Assembly (NCBI GenBank): GCA_050633605.1
Contig: JBOEGV010000016.1
Coordinates: 2,211-66,210 of the forward strand
Length of the DNA stretch: 64,000 bases
Direction: 5' to 3'
From: Neptuniibacter sp.
Lineage (GTDB): Bacteria; Pseudomonadota; Gammaproteobacteria; Pseudomonadales; Balneatricaceae
Below the pieces are notes generated by a model. The model ran no database searches, was not told the DNA's origin, and worked only from the letters and a program-made list of their open reading frames with translations. Made by a program: the position numbers and the translations under genes. This document shows, piece after piece, positions 40,946 through 49,943 of this stretch (its first letter is position 1; each line of letters opens with the position of its first letter).

Positions 40946-41162
40946 TATCGTTGATAACGCAAAGAAACTGGAGTTAAAGCAGCGCCAAGTCGCATTGAAA
41001 AACGCTCTGAGTCACCGCGAACCTGAACAAGATATCCGAGACGGTAAAGCATTCTGTATTAGCTGCGGGATAGAGATCCCTGCAGCGCGGCTCGCTGTAA
41101 AGCCTAACGCTGCACGCTGTATTCACTGCCAACAAATTGAGGAACAAAAGCATGGACGCTAG
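40938..41162 (+). CDS. TraR/DksA C4-type zinc finger protein
   Basis: D.VD, C.SCG.EIP.ARL...P.AARCI.CQ. Confidence 0.9.
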   Translation: MTDIVDNAKKLELKQRQVALKNALSHREPEQDIRDGKAFCISCGIEIPAARLAVKPNAARCIHCQQIEEQKHGR

Positions 41163-41457
41163 CTGGGCAAAGTTCTGGTTTGATGTAGCGGTATGGATCA
41201 TCGCGATGGGGTTTGCAGTATCTGCATGGATTCGCTCTGGTAACAAACGAAACCAAGCCTCTATTCATGAGTTGCAAGAAGAACTACATCGACTGGACAA
41301 ACGTGTTCAAACAGTTGAGACCCTTGTCAAAGCCGCACCCACGCATGAAGACATAACACAATTGCGTGAGCAGACAGCAGAACTGGATAGCAAACTCGAT
41401 GGTATGCAAAACACCCTCAACCTGATCCATCAGTATCTGTTAAACAAAAAGGATTGA
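41152..41457 (+). CDS. DUF2730-like (Mu gp25-like) membrane coiled-coil protein
   Basis: N-terminal TM, R...VE...P...D..L, position. Confidence 0.7.
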   Translation: MDASWAKFWFDVAVWIIAMGFAVSAWIRSGNKRNQASIHELQEELHRLDKRVQTVETLVKAAPTHEDITQLREQTAELDSKLDGMQNTLNLIHQYLLNKKD

Positions 41458-41460
41458 CCT

Positions 41461-41757
41461 ATGCCGTTTGAAAAGTTTGAAGAAGAAGACCGCCGTTTGG
41501 TGATCCTTCGCCACTTGGCAGAGGATCAGGACTACACCGTCAACAGCTCCATTCTACAAAGCGCGCTTAAAGTCTGGGGGCACTCTGTTAGCCGCGATCG
41601 ACTACATGCAGATATCGCTTGGCTTAAAGAGCAAGGACTGGCCACCTATGAAGAAGTTTCTAGTGTCTACGTGGCTAAAATCACCCAGCGCGGCCTCGAT
41701 GTTGCCGAAGGCACGGCCTCTGTTCCGGGTGTAAAACGTCCGGGACCAGGAGCCTAA
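41461..41757 (+). CDS. Mu gp26-like protein
   Basis: EDRRLVILR.L, WLKEQGL, TQRGLDVA.G....PGVKRP. Confidence 0.85.
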   Translation: MPFEKFEEEDRRLVILRHLAEDQDYTVNSSILQSALKVWGHSVSRDRLHADIAWLKEQGLATYEEVSSVYVAKITQRGLDVAEGTASVPGVKRPGPGA

Positions 41758-42311
41758 TGATGGCTCGTAAATCCTCAATCGACTTGTTGCCCGAAGAGAT
41801 CCGCAACGCGCTACATGAGCTGCTGCGCGACCCGGCTGTTTCTCAGTTGGAAGCTACAGAGCGTCTGAATGTTTTACTGGAAGAAGAAGGCAGAGATGAA
41901 CTAAAGGTCAGCAAGTCAGCGGTAAACCGCTACAGCCAGCGTATGGATGCCGTCGGTGCAAAAATGCGCCAGTCCCGCGAAGTCGCAGAAATGTGGATAG
42001 GTAAGCTGGGCAATCAGCCACAGGGCCAAGTCGGCAAGCTATTAAACGAATTTACCCGCACAATGGCATTTGAAACCGCGTTAGAAATGTCAGAGGGTGA
42101 AGAACCCATCCCCCCAAAACTACTGAAAGAATTGTCCCTGGCCATCAAGCATCTGGAACAAGCCGCTAGCGTGAATGAGAAGCGTGAACGGGAGATCCGC
42201 AAGCAAGCTACAGAAGAAGCAGCAGAAGCAGCAGAAACCGTCGCTAAGCAGCAAGGCTTAACCCGTGAAGGTGTTAAAGCGATCAAAGAACAGATTCTGG
42301 GTATCGCCTAA
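41757..42311 (+). CDS. Terminase small subunit (DUF3486, gp27-like)
   Basis: MARKSSIDLLP, SKSAVNRY, C-terminal ILGIA. Confidence 0.88.
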   Translation: MMARKSSIDLLPEEIRNALHELLRDPAVSQLEATERLNVLLEEEGRDELKVSKSAVNRYSQRMDAVGAKMRQSREVAEMWIGKLGNQPQGQVGKLLNEFTRTMAFETALEMSEGEEPIPPKLLKELSLAIKHLEQAASVNEKREREIRKQATEEAAEAAETVAKQQGLTREGVKAIKEQILGIA

Positions 42312-43909
42312 TGAGTGCGGATTTATTAAAGCAATCTCTTGGCTCAATAGCAGAATCTAATTTTGAGGAACTTCAGCAGTTTGATTCCAGCGAAGTACTC
42401 CTTGGGTATCAAAAGCGCTGGATAGCCGACGAATCACCACTCAAGATTGCAGAAAAGTCCCGGCGTACTGGTTTAACCTGGGCCGAAGCGGCTGACGCTG
42501 TTCTGTGTTCCTCGTTGGCCCGCTCCGAGGGAGGTTGTAACCATTTCTATGTTGGTTCCAACAAAGAGATGGCACGTGAGTTTATCGAAGCAGCAGCCAT
42601 GTGGGCTAAGAGTTTTGACAAAGCTGCAGGCGAGATCCGCGAAGAAGTCTTTGTCGATGAAGCTCAGGACGGTAAAGAAATCCTCACCTTTGCCATCTAC
42701 TTTGCCAGTGGTTTTAAAATACAGGCGCTCTCCAGCAATCCTTCCAACCTCCGTGGTATGCAGGGTAACGTCACCATTGATGAAGCCGCCTTCCACGATC
42801 GATTGGCCGAAGTACTCAAGGCAGCACTCGCCCTCACCATGTGGGGCAGCAAGGTTCGCCTCATCAGTACCCATAACGGCGTAGATAACCTGTTTAATGA
42901 TTTTATTCAGGACAGTCGCGCAGGTAAAAAAGACTACAGCGTCCACACCATCACGCTGGACGATGCCTGTGCCGAAGGCCTGTATAAACGTATATGCCAA
43001 ATAACCCGCCAGGAATGGAGCCAGGAAGCCGAAGATAAATGGAAATCAGATCTGCTGCGCGGTACCGCCACCGAAGACGACGCGTTAGAGGAATACTACT
43101 GCGTACCGAAACAAGGCGGTGGGGCCTACCTTAGCCGCTCGCTTATTGATCGGGCCATGAATCCAGAGCTGCAAATCGTAGAATACGAAGCGCCCAAAGG
43201 CTTCGAAGATCGGCCCCTATCTCAGCGTAAAAAGGACATCCAGCAATGGCTAAAAGAAACTGTTCAGCCGCACCTGGAACAGCTCAACCCAAATCTATGC
43301 CACGTCTTCGGTGAAGACTTTGCCCGTAAAGGTGACTTATCCATCTTTGGCGTGGGTGAGATCCAGCGCGACACCCGCATCACGGTCCCGCTCCAGTTAG
43401 AACTGCGCAACATGCCGTACAGCCAACAGGAACAGATCATGTACTACGTGATCGACAACCTGCCCCGCTTTACCGGCGCGGCCTTCGATGCCACAGGTAA
43501 CGGGGGTTCACTGGCAGAAAAAGCCGCTGACCGTTACGGCACCGAAATGGTCGAGCAAGTCATGCTGAACATCGCCTGGTACCGGGAATGGATGCCCAAA
43601 CTAAAAGCCAAATTTGAAGACTTCGATATCGAGATTCCAAAAAGCACCGATGTTGTTAACGATCTTCGCAAGATCATCGTCACTAAGGGTGTGCCGCAAA
43701 TTGAAAAAGGCTCTAACAAAGACGACAAAGGTAAACAACGCCACGGCGACTCTGCTGTCGCTTACGCCATGATTGTACGCGCAAGCTACATGGAAGGTGG
43801 CGAAATAGATTTTACGTCCCTCCCCGGCAAGTCTAACCCTTGGGGGGATGAAGACGATGACGACGATTTTGATATCCCATCAACCTCATTTTCTAAAGGA
43901 GCCTGGTAA
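42311..43909 (+). CDS. Terminase large subunit (gp28-like)
   Basis: EKSRRTGLTWAEA, LRGMQG.V.IDEAAFH, ISTHNG, DFAR.GD, RHGDSA. Confidence 0.95.
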   Translation: MSADLLKQSLGSIAESNFEELQQFDSSEVLLGYQKRWIADESPLKIAEKSRRTGLTWAEAADAVLCSSLARSEGGCNHFYVGSNKEMAREFIEAAAMWAKSFDKAAGEIREEVFVDEAQDGKEILTFAIYFASGFKIQALSSNPSNLRGMQGNVTIDEAAFHDRLAEVLKAALALTMWGSKVRLISTHNGVDNLFNDFIQDSRAGKKDYSVHTITLDDACAEGLYKRICQITRQEWSQEAEDKWKSDLLRGTATEDDALEEYYCVPKQGGGAYLSRSLIDRAMNPELQIVEYEAPKGFEDRPLSQRKKDIQQWLKETVQPHLEQLNPNLCHVFGEDFARKGDLSIFGVGEIQRDTRITVPLQLELRNMPYSQQEQIMYYVIDNLPRFTGAAFDATGNGGSLAEKAADRYGTEMVEQVMLNIAWYREWMPKLKAKFEDFDIEIPKSTDVVNDLRKIIVTKGVPQIEKGSNKDDKGKQRHGDSAVAYAMIVRASYMEGGEIDFTSLPGKSNPWGDEDDDDDFDIPSTSFSKGAW

Positions 43910-45465
43910 TGGCTGAAAGTACTATCGTTGATGTTACCGGGCAGCCATATAAGCTGCCCGATCTGTCAGAGCAGCAAACCGAGACTAACGCAAAGCTGGC
44001 ACAACTGCGCAATCATTATGGCGACCACCCAAGCAGGGGATTAACCCCCGCCAGAATTGCAAAGATCCTGCGCGATGCTGAACGAGGTAACCTGATTGCT
44101 CAATGTGAACTAGCCGAAGATATGGAAGAGAAAGATACACATATCCAAAGCGAGTTAGGCAAACGCCGCTTGGCCATGCAAAGCGTAGATTGGAACATCG
44201 AACCACCGCCTAACGCCTCTGCTGCAGAAAAGCGTGATGCAGAAATGATAGAAGCCCTGTTACGCTCAGCCACTTGGTTGGATGAGGCTATTTTTGATGC
44301 AGGTGATGCCATCCTTAAAGGCTTCTCTAATCAGGAACTACAGTGGGATCGCGAAGGTAAAGAACACTACATCGCAGGTGCTGAATGGCGTGACCCCTCC
44401 TGGTTCCAGATTAACCCGAATAACCGCAACCAACTAACATTGCGCGACGGCTCCCACGAGGGCGAGCCGCTGCAGGCTTTTGGCTGGCTCAGCCACATAG
44501 CCAAGGCCAAAAGCGGTTATCTGGCCAGAAACGGTTTGGCTCGTGTTTTGGCATGGCCGTTCCTGTTTAAGAACTACAGTGTTAGAGATCTAGCCGAATT
44601 CTTAGAGATTTACGGCTTGCCAGTTCGCTTGGGCAAATACCCTAACGGTGCCAGCGACAATGAAAAGCTCACCTTACTGCGTGCCGTAATGAGCATTGGC
44701 CATAACGCTGGCGGAATCATCCCTAAAGGCATGGACATTGATTTTGAAAATGCTGCAGACGGTGGTAGTGACCCGTTTATGGCAATGGTCAACTGGTGTG
44801 AGAAGAGCGAATCTAAAGCCATTCTGGGCGGTACTCTCACCAGCCAGGCCGACGGCAAAAGCAGCACCAACGCCCTGGGTAATGTGCATAACGAAGTACG
44901 CCAAGAGATTCGAGACGCAGACCTTAAAGCGCTGGGGAATACCTTAACCCGCGATGTGGTTTACCCACTCTTTGTGCTGAATGGTAAATCATACTCAAGC
45001 CCCCGTCGTATTCCACGCCTAGTATTTGATATGAACGAAGGTGAAGACCTGGAACAGTTCGTTAAACCGCTGAAGGATCTGACAGAACTCGGTATGCAGA
45101 TTCCGGTTAGCTGGGTGAATGAAAAAACTAAGATCCCCTTGGCCAACGGTAACGAACCAGTGCTACAGCTAGCTAAACCGCAACCTGCACAGGTATCACT
45201 TAGCGCTCCTGCTGTGGCTGCACTCAGTGCAAAACAAGCAGAGCCGGACCACGTGGAAGAACTTAGCGAACAGATGGCCGGTGCCAACGATCCCGCTATC
45301 AGACAAATCATGACCCTGGTAAATAATGCCGAAAGCTTTGATCAGCTTAAAGAACAACTGTTAGCCCTCCAGGTAGATCTGGGGCCGCAATCTGAGCTTA
45401 TTAGCCAAGCGTTAACGGTTGCCCAGCTGGCAGGACGTTACGATATCGTCCAGGAAGCACTGTAA
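43909..45465 (+). CDS. Portal protein (DUF935, gp29)
   Basis: HPSRGLTP, DMEEKD.H, FLEIYGLPVRLGKY, SKAILGGTLTS. Confidence 0.95.
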   Translation: MAESTIVDVTGQPYKLPDLSEQQTETNAKLAQLRNHYGDHPSRGLTPARIAKILRDAERGNLIAQCELAEDMEEKDTHIQSELGKRRLAMQSVDWNIEPPPNASAAEKRDAEMIEALLRSATWLDEAIFDAGDAILKGFSNQELQWDREGKEHYIAGAEWRDPSWFQINPNNRNQLTLRDGSHEGEPLQAFGWLSHIAKAKSGYLARNGLARVLAWPFLFKNYSVRDLAEFLEIYGLPVRLGKYPNGASDNEKLTLLRAVMSIGHNAGGIIPKGMDIDFENAADGGSDPFMAMVNWCEKSESKAILGGTLTSQADGKSSTNALGNVHNEVRQEIRDADLKALGNTLTRDVVYPLFVLNGKSYSSPRRIPRLVFDMNEGEDLEQFVKPLKDLTELGMQIPVSWVNEKTKIPLANGNEPVLQLAKPQPAQVSLSAPAVAALSAKQAEPDHVEELSEQMAGANDPAIRQIMTLVNNAESFDQLKEQLLALQVDLGPQSELISQALTVAQLAGRYDIVQEAL

Positions 45466-46724
45466 TGGTTAGGTACGGTGGCCGCACGTTCAAAGAGAAG
45501 CTGAACTTCCTACAGAAGAAAGTTCCTCTGCCTACAACCAGCTTTGAAGATGTGCAGGCAGCACAACATGACCACGCCTTCATGGTGGCCGGTGCCAATA
45601 ACCGCGCCATTGTTGAAGACTTTTTCAAAGCAATCCTTGCGGCAGAAGAACAAGGCGAAACCCTGCGTGACTTCCAGAAACGCTTTGATGATATTGTTGA
45701 GAAACACGGCTGGGACTATAACGGTTCCCGTGGCTGGCGCAGTAAGCTGATCTATGAAACCAATATGCGCCAAGCATACAACGCAGGGCGTGAAGCGCAG
45801 TTTACAGATCCTACTTTTAAGCAGCGTCACCCTTACATGATGTACCGCCACTCTGGTGCTGAGAACTACCGCCCGGAGCACAAGAGCTGGGATGGTTTAG
45901 TTCTACCTGTAAACGATCCCTGGTGGCATAAGCACAGCCCCCAGAATGGTTATGGCTGCAAGTGCAAGAAATTCGCGGTATCAGAACGCTACTTAAAACG
46001 CCTGGGCAAAACGGTACCCGATACTGCACCACAAAATGAGTATTACGAGCATTTGGATAAACGCACGGGTGAGCTTCTCCAGGTGCCTAAAGGAATTGAC
46101 CCAGGGTTTGATTACACACCGGGGGCAAGCCAGATCCGCCACACTACACCCAGCTTCCTGGAAGAGTGGCCAGCCAATGTCCAACCCATCCCGATTGGGC
46201 CAGTTGCTAAACCTGCCCTGCCAGTAACTACGCTGGTTCCAGAAAGCGATATCCTGCCCGATGGTCTGAGCGACGAAAAATACGTGCAAGCGTTCCTAGA
46301 TGAGTTCGGTGGAACAAGTCTTGTTTTTAAAGACGCGTTAGGCGAACCGTTAGCAATCAACGATCAGCTGTTTAGGAATGCTAAAGGTGAACTGAAAGTC
46401 AGTAAGGACAAAGTACGCCACCGCTATATGAAACTGTTAGGTCGAGCACTAACACACCCTGACGAGATCTGGGCCATTCTGGAACCAGATTTAGCGCGAC
46501 CAGGTAAGTACCGCCTCAAACGTCGATACATAGCCCGCTGGGAAACAGAAGAGTCTGGTCAGGCTATTCACGGTTTTAGTGCATTTGAGTTTGGTCAAGG
46601 CTTATGGACCGGTAACACAATATTCACCCCATACCGCAAACAGCAAGGCGAACGTGTACCCAATAGAGATGCCTACCTGGAGAAACAGCGAGAAGGTGTT
46701 TTGTTGTACAGGAAGGAAGAATAA
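45465..46724 (+). CDS. MuF/gp30 minor head protein with C-terminal extension (PBECR2-like nuclease fold)
   Basis: AFMVAGA, IYETN.RQAYNAGR, RPEH..WDG, PQNGYGCKC; extra ~150 aa with L..PDEIW, RRYIA and R.GVLLY. Confidence 0.85.
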   Translation: MVRYGGRTFKEKLNFLQKKVPLPTTSFEDVQAAQHDHAFMVAGANNRAIVEDFFKAILAAEEQGETLRDFQKRFDDIVEKHGWDYNGSRGWRSKLIYETNMRQAYNAGREAQFTDPTFKQRHPYMMYRHSGAENYRPEHKSWDGLVLPVNDPWWHKHSPQNGYGCKCKKFAVSERYLKRLGKTVPDTAPQNEYYEHLDKRTGELLQVPKGIDPGFDYTPGASQIRHTTPSFLEEWPANVQPIPIGPVAKPALPVTTLVPESDILPDGLSDEKYVQAFLDEFGGTSLVFKDALGEPLAINDQLFRNAKGELKVSKDKVRHRYMKLLGRALTHPDEIWAILEPDLARPGKYRLKRRYIARWETEESGQAIHGFSAFEFGQGLWTGNTIFTPYRKQQGERVPNRDAYLEKQREGVLLYRKEE

Positions 46725-46823
46725 GGGGTGGATCGCTCAGCCGTTCCACCGACCAGCAGTTCTTTGGGCGCACCTCTGAGTGCTATAGGCTGCTAGGCAG
46801 AGTTACAGTATAGGATATTTTGT

Positions 46824-47306
46824 ATGGCCGGTACACGCATTGAAATCAATCATAACTCAGTAGAGATCCTGCAGGCGCTTAACCAGCTGCTGCAAAACGG
46901 CCAGGACACCACCCCAGCGATGGCCGAGATTGCTGGGTATATGGATCAGCGCACCCGCGAGAACTTCGATAACGAACAAACGCCGGATGGCATCCCCTGG
47001 GCACCTTTGAGTAACGTAACCCAGGCGCTGCGAGCAGAAAAAGGCTTACCTGTTGATAAAATTCTACATGGCGAAACAATTAATCTGCGTGATGAGATGC
47101 ATATCTACTACGATGCTGAAACCGCAGAGGTTCGCACGGGCCAACCAGCAAGCTCTTATGCAGCCATGCAGCAATTTGGTGGTACAACAAGTAATAGAAG
47201 TATGATTCCCGGTGTAGAGATCCCCGCCCGACCCTACTTAGGATTCAGTGCAGACGATCAGGGTTATATTCTGGAAATCCTGGGTGATTTCCTGACGAAC
47301 ATCTAA
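46824..47306 (+). CDS. Phage virion morphogenesis protein (Mu gpG-like)
   Basis: F..E..PDG.PW.PL, YAAMQQFGG, IPARPYLG.S..D. Confidence 0.9.
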   Translation: MAGTRIEINHNSVEILQALNQLLQNGQDTTPAMAEIAGYMDQRTRENFDNEQTPDGIPWAPLSNVTQALRAEKGLPVDKILHGETINLRDEMHIYYDAETAEVRTGQPASSYAAMQQFGGTTSNRSMIPGVEIPARPYLGFSADDQGYILEILGDFLTNI

Positions 47307-47421
47307 ACAGCCTGTATTCCCTTGTCAGCTACTTTTATATGTAGTTGCTATGCTGATTCGTAAAAGGTACGTTTTAAGTTTCTAACGCGGATCTAACGCT
47401 TTAAAGGGTTGTTATTTATCA

Positions 47422-48372
47422 ATGGATGATATGTCTTTTGTCTCATTTCTAAAAAATCAGTATGAATCGACATTCGATGAGTCTGATCAAATGCTAAGCG
47501 TTATTGACCAAACGGCACATGCTGAATTCGAGAGCTTTCAGAAGCTGGGAGATGAATGGAGTATGCGAGCCATTTGTGACTATCGAGAAAATTTCATAAA
47601 TGACTCACTCCTTCCAATCTTTAGAGTGTTCATAATTAGCTGTAAAGAACTATGTTCAAGTGAAGCCAATAGTCCTTCTAATACAAAAATAACTTCGGTT
47701 TTATTGTCTATATTAAACCAAGCCTTGGAGGTTGCTTCTGAAGTTATAGCATTGTTAGGGTTTGGCTTGATATCTGGGGCAGAAGCAAGGGCAAGGAACC
47801 TATTAGAGCAACGTATAATTTCAGAGTTTATTTCAATTTACGGCGATGATTGCGCTGAAAGGTATCAGCAGCATTGGATCTGCGATGAGCACCGACTGAT
47901 TGAAAAGCAAGCTTCTTCACCAAACGAAACTCCACCAGATGATGACTATATTGTTACTCTTTGTGCAGAAATTATTAGACTGAAAAATAAATTTGGTGAA
48001 GATTATCTCAATCCATATGGGTGGGCTTCGTCATTTCTTAATAAGCCTAAACCACGTTTTAGCGATTTTATAGAAAAGCTTGATAGATCCTCATGGGAGT
48101 TTCATTACAAATTACAAAGTAAACAGGTTCATCCTGAGCTTAACGAACACCCTTTTCATACTCAGAAGAACGCTAACTTATCTCGTTTATCCCAAAGAAT
48201 CCCTTGCCCAATAGATTCACTAATTGATGGGTGCCGTCTAAATATTATGACCATAGTTGGCTTGTTACTTAAAAATGATATGAATCAATTCGAATCCAAA
48301 AACCTTTTAGCCTATCTCTACTCCATATACAAACTAGAAAAAGAAATATTAAAAACATCTAACCAAGGTTAA
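47422..48372 (+). CDS. AT-rich cargo protein, DUF5677-like
   Basis: ARNLLE..I...FI, YGWA, Y...S..VH; own sigma70-like promoter TTGCTA-17-TACGTT at 47345-47373. Confidence 0.65.
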   Translation: MDDMSFVSFLKNQYESTFDESDQMLSVIDQTAHAEFESFQKLGDEWSMRAICDYRENFINDSLLPIFRVFIISCKELCSSEANSPSNTKITSVLLSILNQALEVASEVIALLGFGLISGAEARARNLLEQRIISEFISIYGDDCAERYQQHWICDEHRLIEKQASSPNETPPDDDYIVTLCAEIIRLKNKFGEDYLNPYGWASSFLNKPKPRFSDFIEKLDRSSWEFHYKLQSKQVHPELNEHPFHTQKNANLSRLSQRIPCPIDSLIDGCRLNIMTIVGLLLKNDMNQFESKNLLAYLYSIYKLEKEILKTSNQG

Positions 48373-48410
48373 ACCCACGCTCAAACTCATGCCGCTATTC
48401 TGGCGGCATG
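48360..48410 (+). promoter_or_regulatory. Late (protease/head) promoter with activator dyad
   Basis: TAACCAAGGTTAAACC identical to 39847; -10-like TATTCT at 48396. Confidence 0.65.
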
Positions 48411-49520
48411 AAGACGAATCGAAACCTACTCTCATTAGCCGTTTTAGCCACCAGCACGACATCCCCGGTGGCTGTTGCGTCACTGTCTCTTGAATATGAC
48501 ATCGAGGCCGACGGCTGGTGTCAATTGCTCCCTGCTGGTTATTTTAAAGCTGTAGATGGTCGTCCACATGATGTGCCTGATGGACAATGGTTTATTAACG
48601 AGGGTATTGCTGAACGTCTGATCAGTGATGCCAAAAACCGCGTTAATAATCTACTCATCGACTATGAACATCAAACTCTAAACGCTGACTCTAACGGCCA
48701 GCCTGCACCTGCTGCAGGTTGGATCATAGATATCGAATGGCGTGAAGGCTCCGGCCTATGGATCAAACCTAAATGGACAGCTAGGGCAAAGGAGTACATC
48801 CAGAATGATGAATACCGCTACCTGTCTGCCGTCTTCCCCTACAACACCGAAACTGGCGAACCGCTAAGCCTGCATTCTGCTGGCTTGGTGAATCGAGCTG
48901 GTATCGATGGCATGGCCTCTGTTGAGGCTCTTAGCACACTGTTAAATCAACCCCAACAGGAGAACCCTGCAATGAATGAATTGATGCAAAAGCTGCTCGC
49001 CAAACTCGGTATTGAACTGGGTGAAGGTGATCAGCTAACAGAAAGCCAGGCTACAGCCGCGCTGTCTGCTATGGACACACTGCAAGCTCAAGCGAAGAAG
49101 TCAGGCGACCTGGAAACTCAGGTTGCAGCTTTGTCTGCCAAAGGTGATGAAGTTGACCTCACTAAGTGGGTACCAGCTCAAACCTATAACGCTCTGGCTG
49201 GCCAGATGGCTGCGCTAAAAACAGAAAGCGACGAGTCCACGGTTGACCAACTGATCGCTACGGCACAGCAAGAAGGGAAGATTCTGGCTGCAGAAGAAGA
49301 CTACTACAACAAATTGGGCAAGCAGCATGGCGTAGCCGCCCTGACTGCTGCACTTGATAACCGTGCTCCTATTGCGGCTCTAACGAATCAGCAGACCACA
49401 GGCAAAAAACCGGAAGAGACTAAAACCGGTATTGCTGCACTCAGTGCTCAAGAGCTGGAAGTCTGCCAGAACGCTGGTATCTCCCCTGAAGACTACCTGA
49501 AAAACAAAGGTGAAAAATAA
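48408..49520 (+). CDS. Mu-like prohead protease I (with probable internal scaffold start at 48972)
   Basis: LLPAG.F...DGRP, IDYEHQT, PAPAAGW, EYRYLSAVF. Confidence 0.93.
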   Translation: MKTNRNLLSLAVLATSTTSPVAVASLSLEYDIEADGWCQLLPAGYFKAVDGRPHDVPDGQWFINEGIAERLISDAKNRVNNLLIDYEHQTLNADSNGQPAPAAGWIIDIEWREGSGLWIKPKWTARAKEYIQNDEYRYLSAVFPYNTETGEPLSLHSAGLVNRAGIDGMASVEALSTLLNQPQQENPAMNELMQKLLAKLGIELGEGDQLTESQATAALSAMDTLQAQAKKSGDLETQVAALSAKGDEVDLTKWVPAQTYNALAGQMAALKTESDESTVDQLIATAQQEGKILAAEEDYYNKLGKQHGVAALTAALDNRAPIAALTNQQTTGKKPEETKTGIAALSAQELEVCQNAGISPEDYLKNKGEK

Positions 49521-49915
49521 TGTCTGCTTTAACTAAAAATCGCCCAACTAAACGTCGTGGCCAGGGTTCCCACTCTGACCCGGTTGGAGCTGGCGCAAAC
49601 ATTTTCTCGGGTGCGCTGGTTGTACTGAATGCAACTCACTTTGCTGAACCTGCAACGGCCACTACAGGCTTACGTGTACGTGGTGTGGCAGTTCATCCAA
49701 GCAATAACAGCACGGGAGCAGATGGTGCAGGCACCATTGAAACCAATACCGGCGCGCATTTCTTCAAGAATGCCGGTGATATTGACCGCTCTCACATCGG
49801 TTCAACCGCATACATCACAGACGACCAAACAGTTACTGCTGTCAGTACTGGCAGTTCAGCTGTGGGCCGCATCGATGATGTAGAAACTAACGGCGTTTGG
49901 GTCTTCATCGACTAA
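49520..49915 (+). CDS. Capsid cement/decoration protein
   Basis: ALTKNR.T, I..GALV, YITDDQTV, GVWV; between protease and capsid. Confidence 0.75.
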   Translation: MSALTKNRPTKRRGQGSHSDPVGAGANIFSGALVVLNATHFAEPATATTGLRVRGVAVHPSNNSTGADGAGTIETNTGAHFFKNAGDIDRSHIGSTAYITDDQTVTAVSTGSSAVGRIDDVETNGVWVFID

Positions 49916-49943
49916 CGCAAAATCAACGTAACGGAGACCAGAA

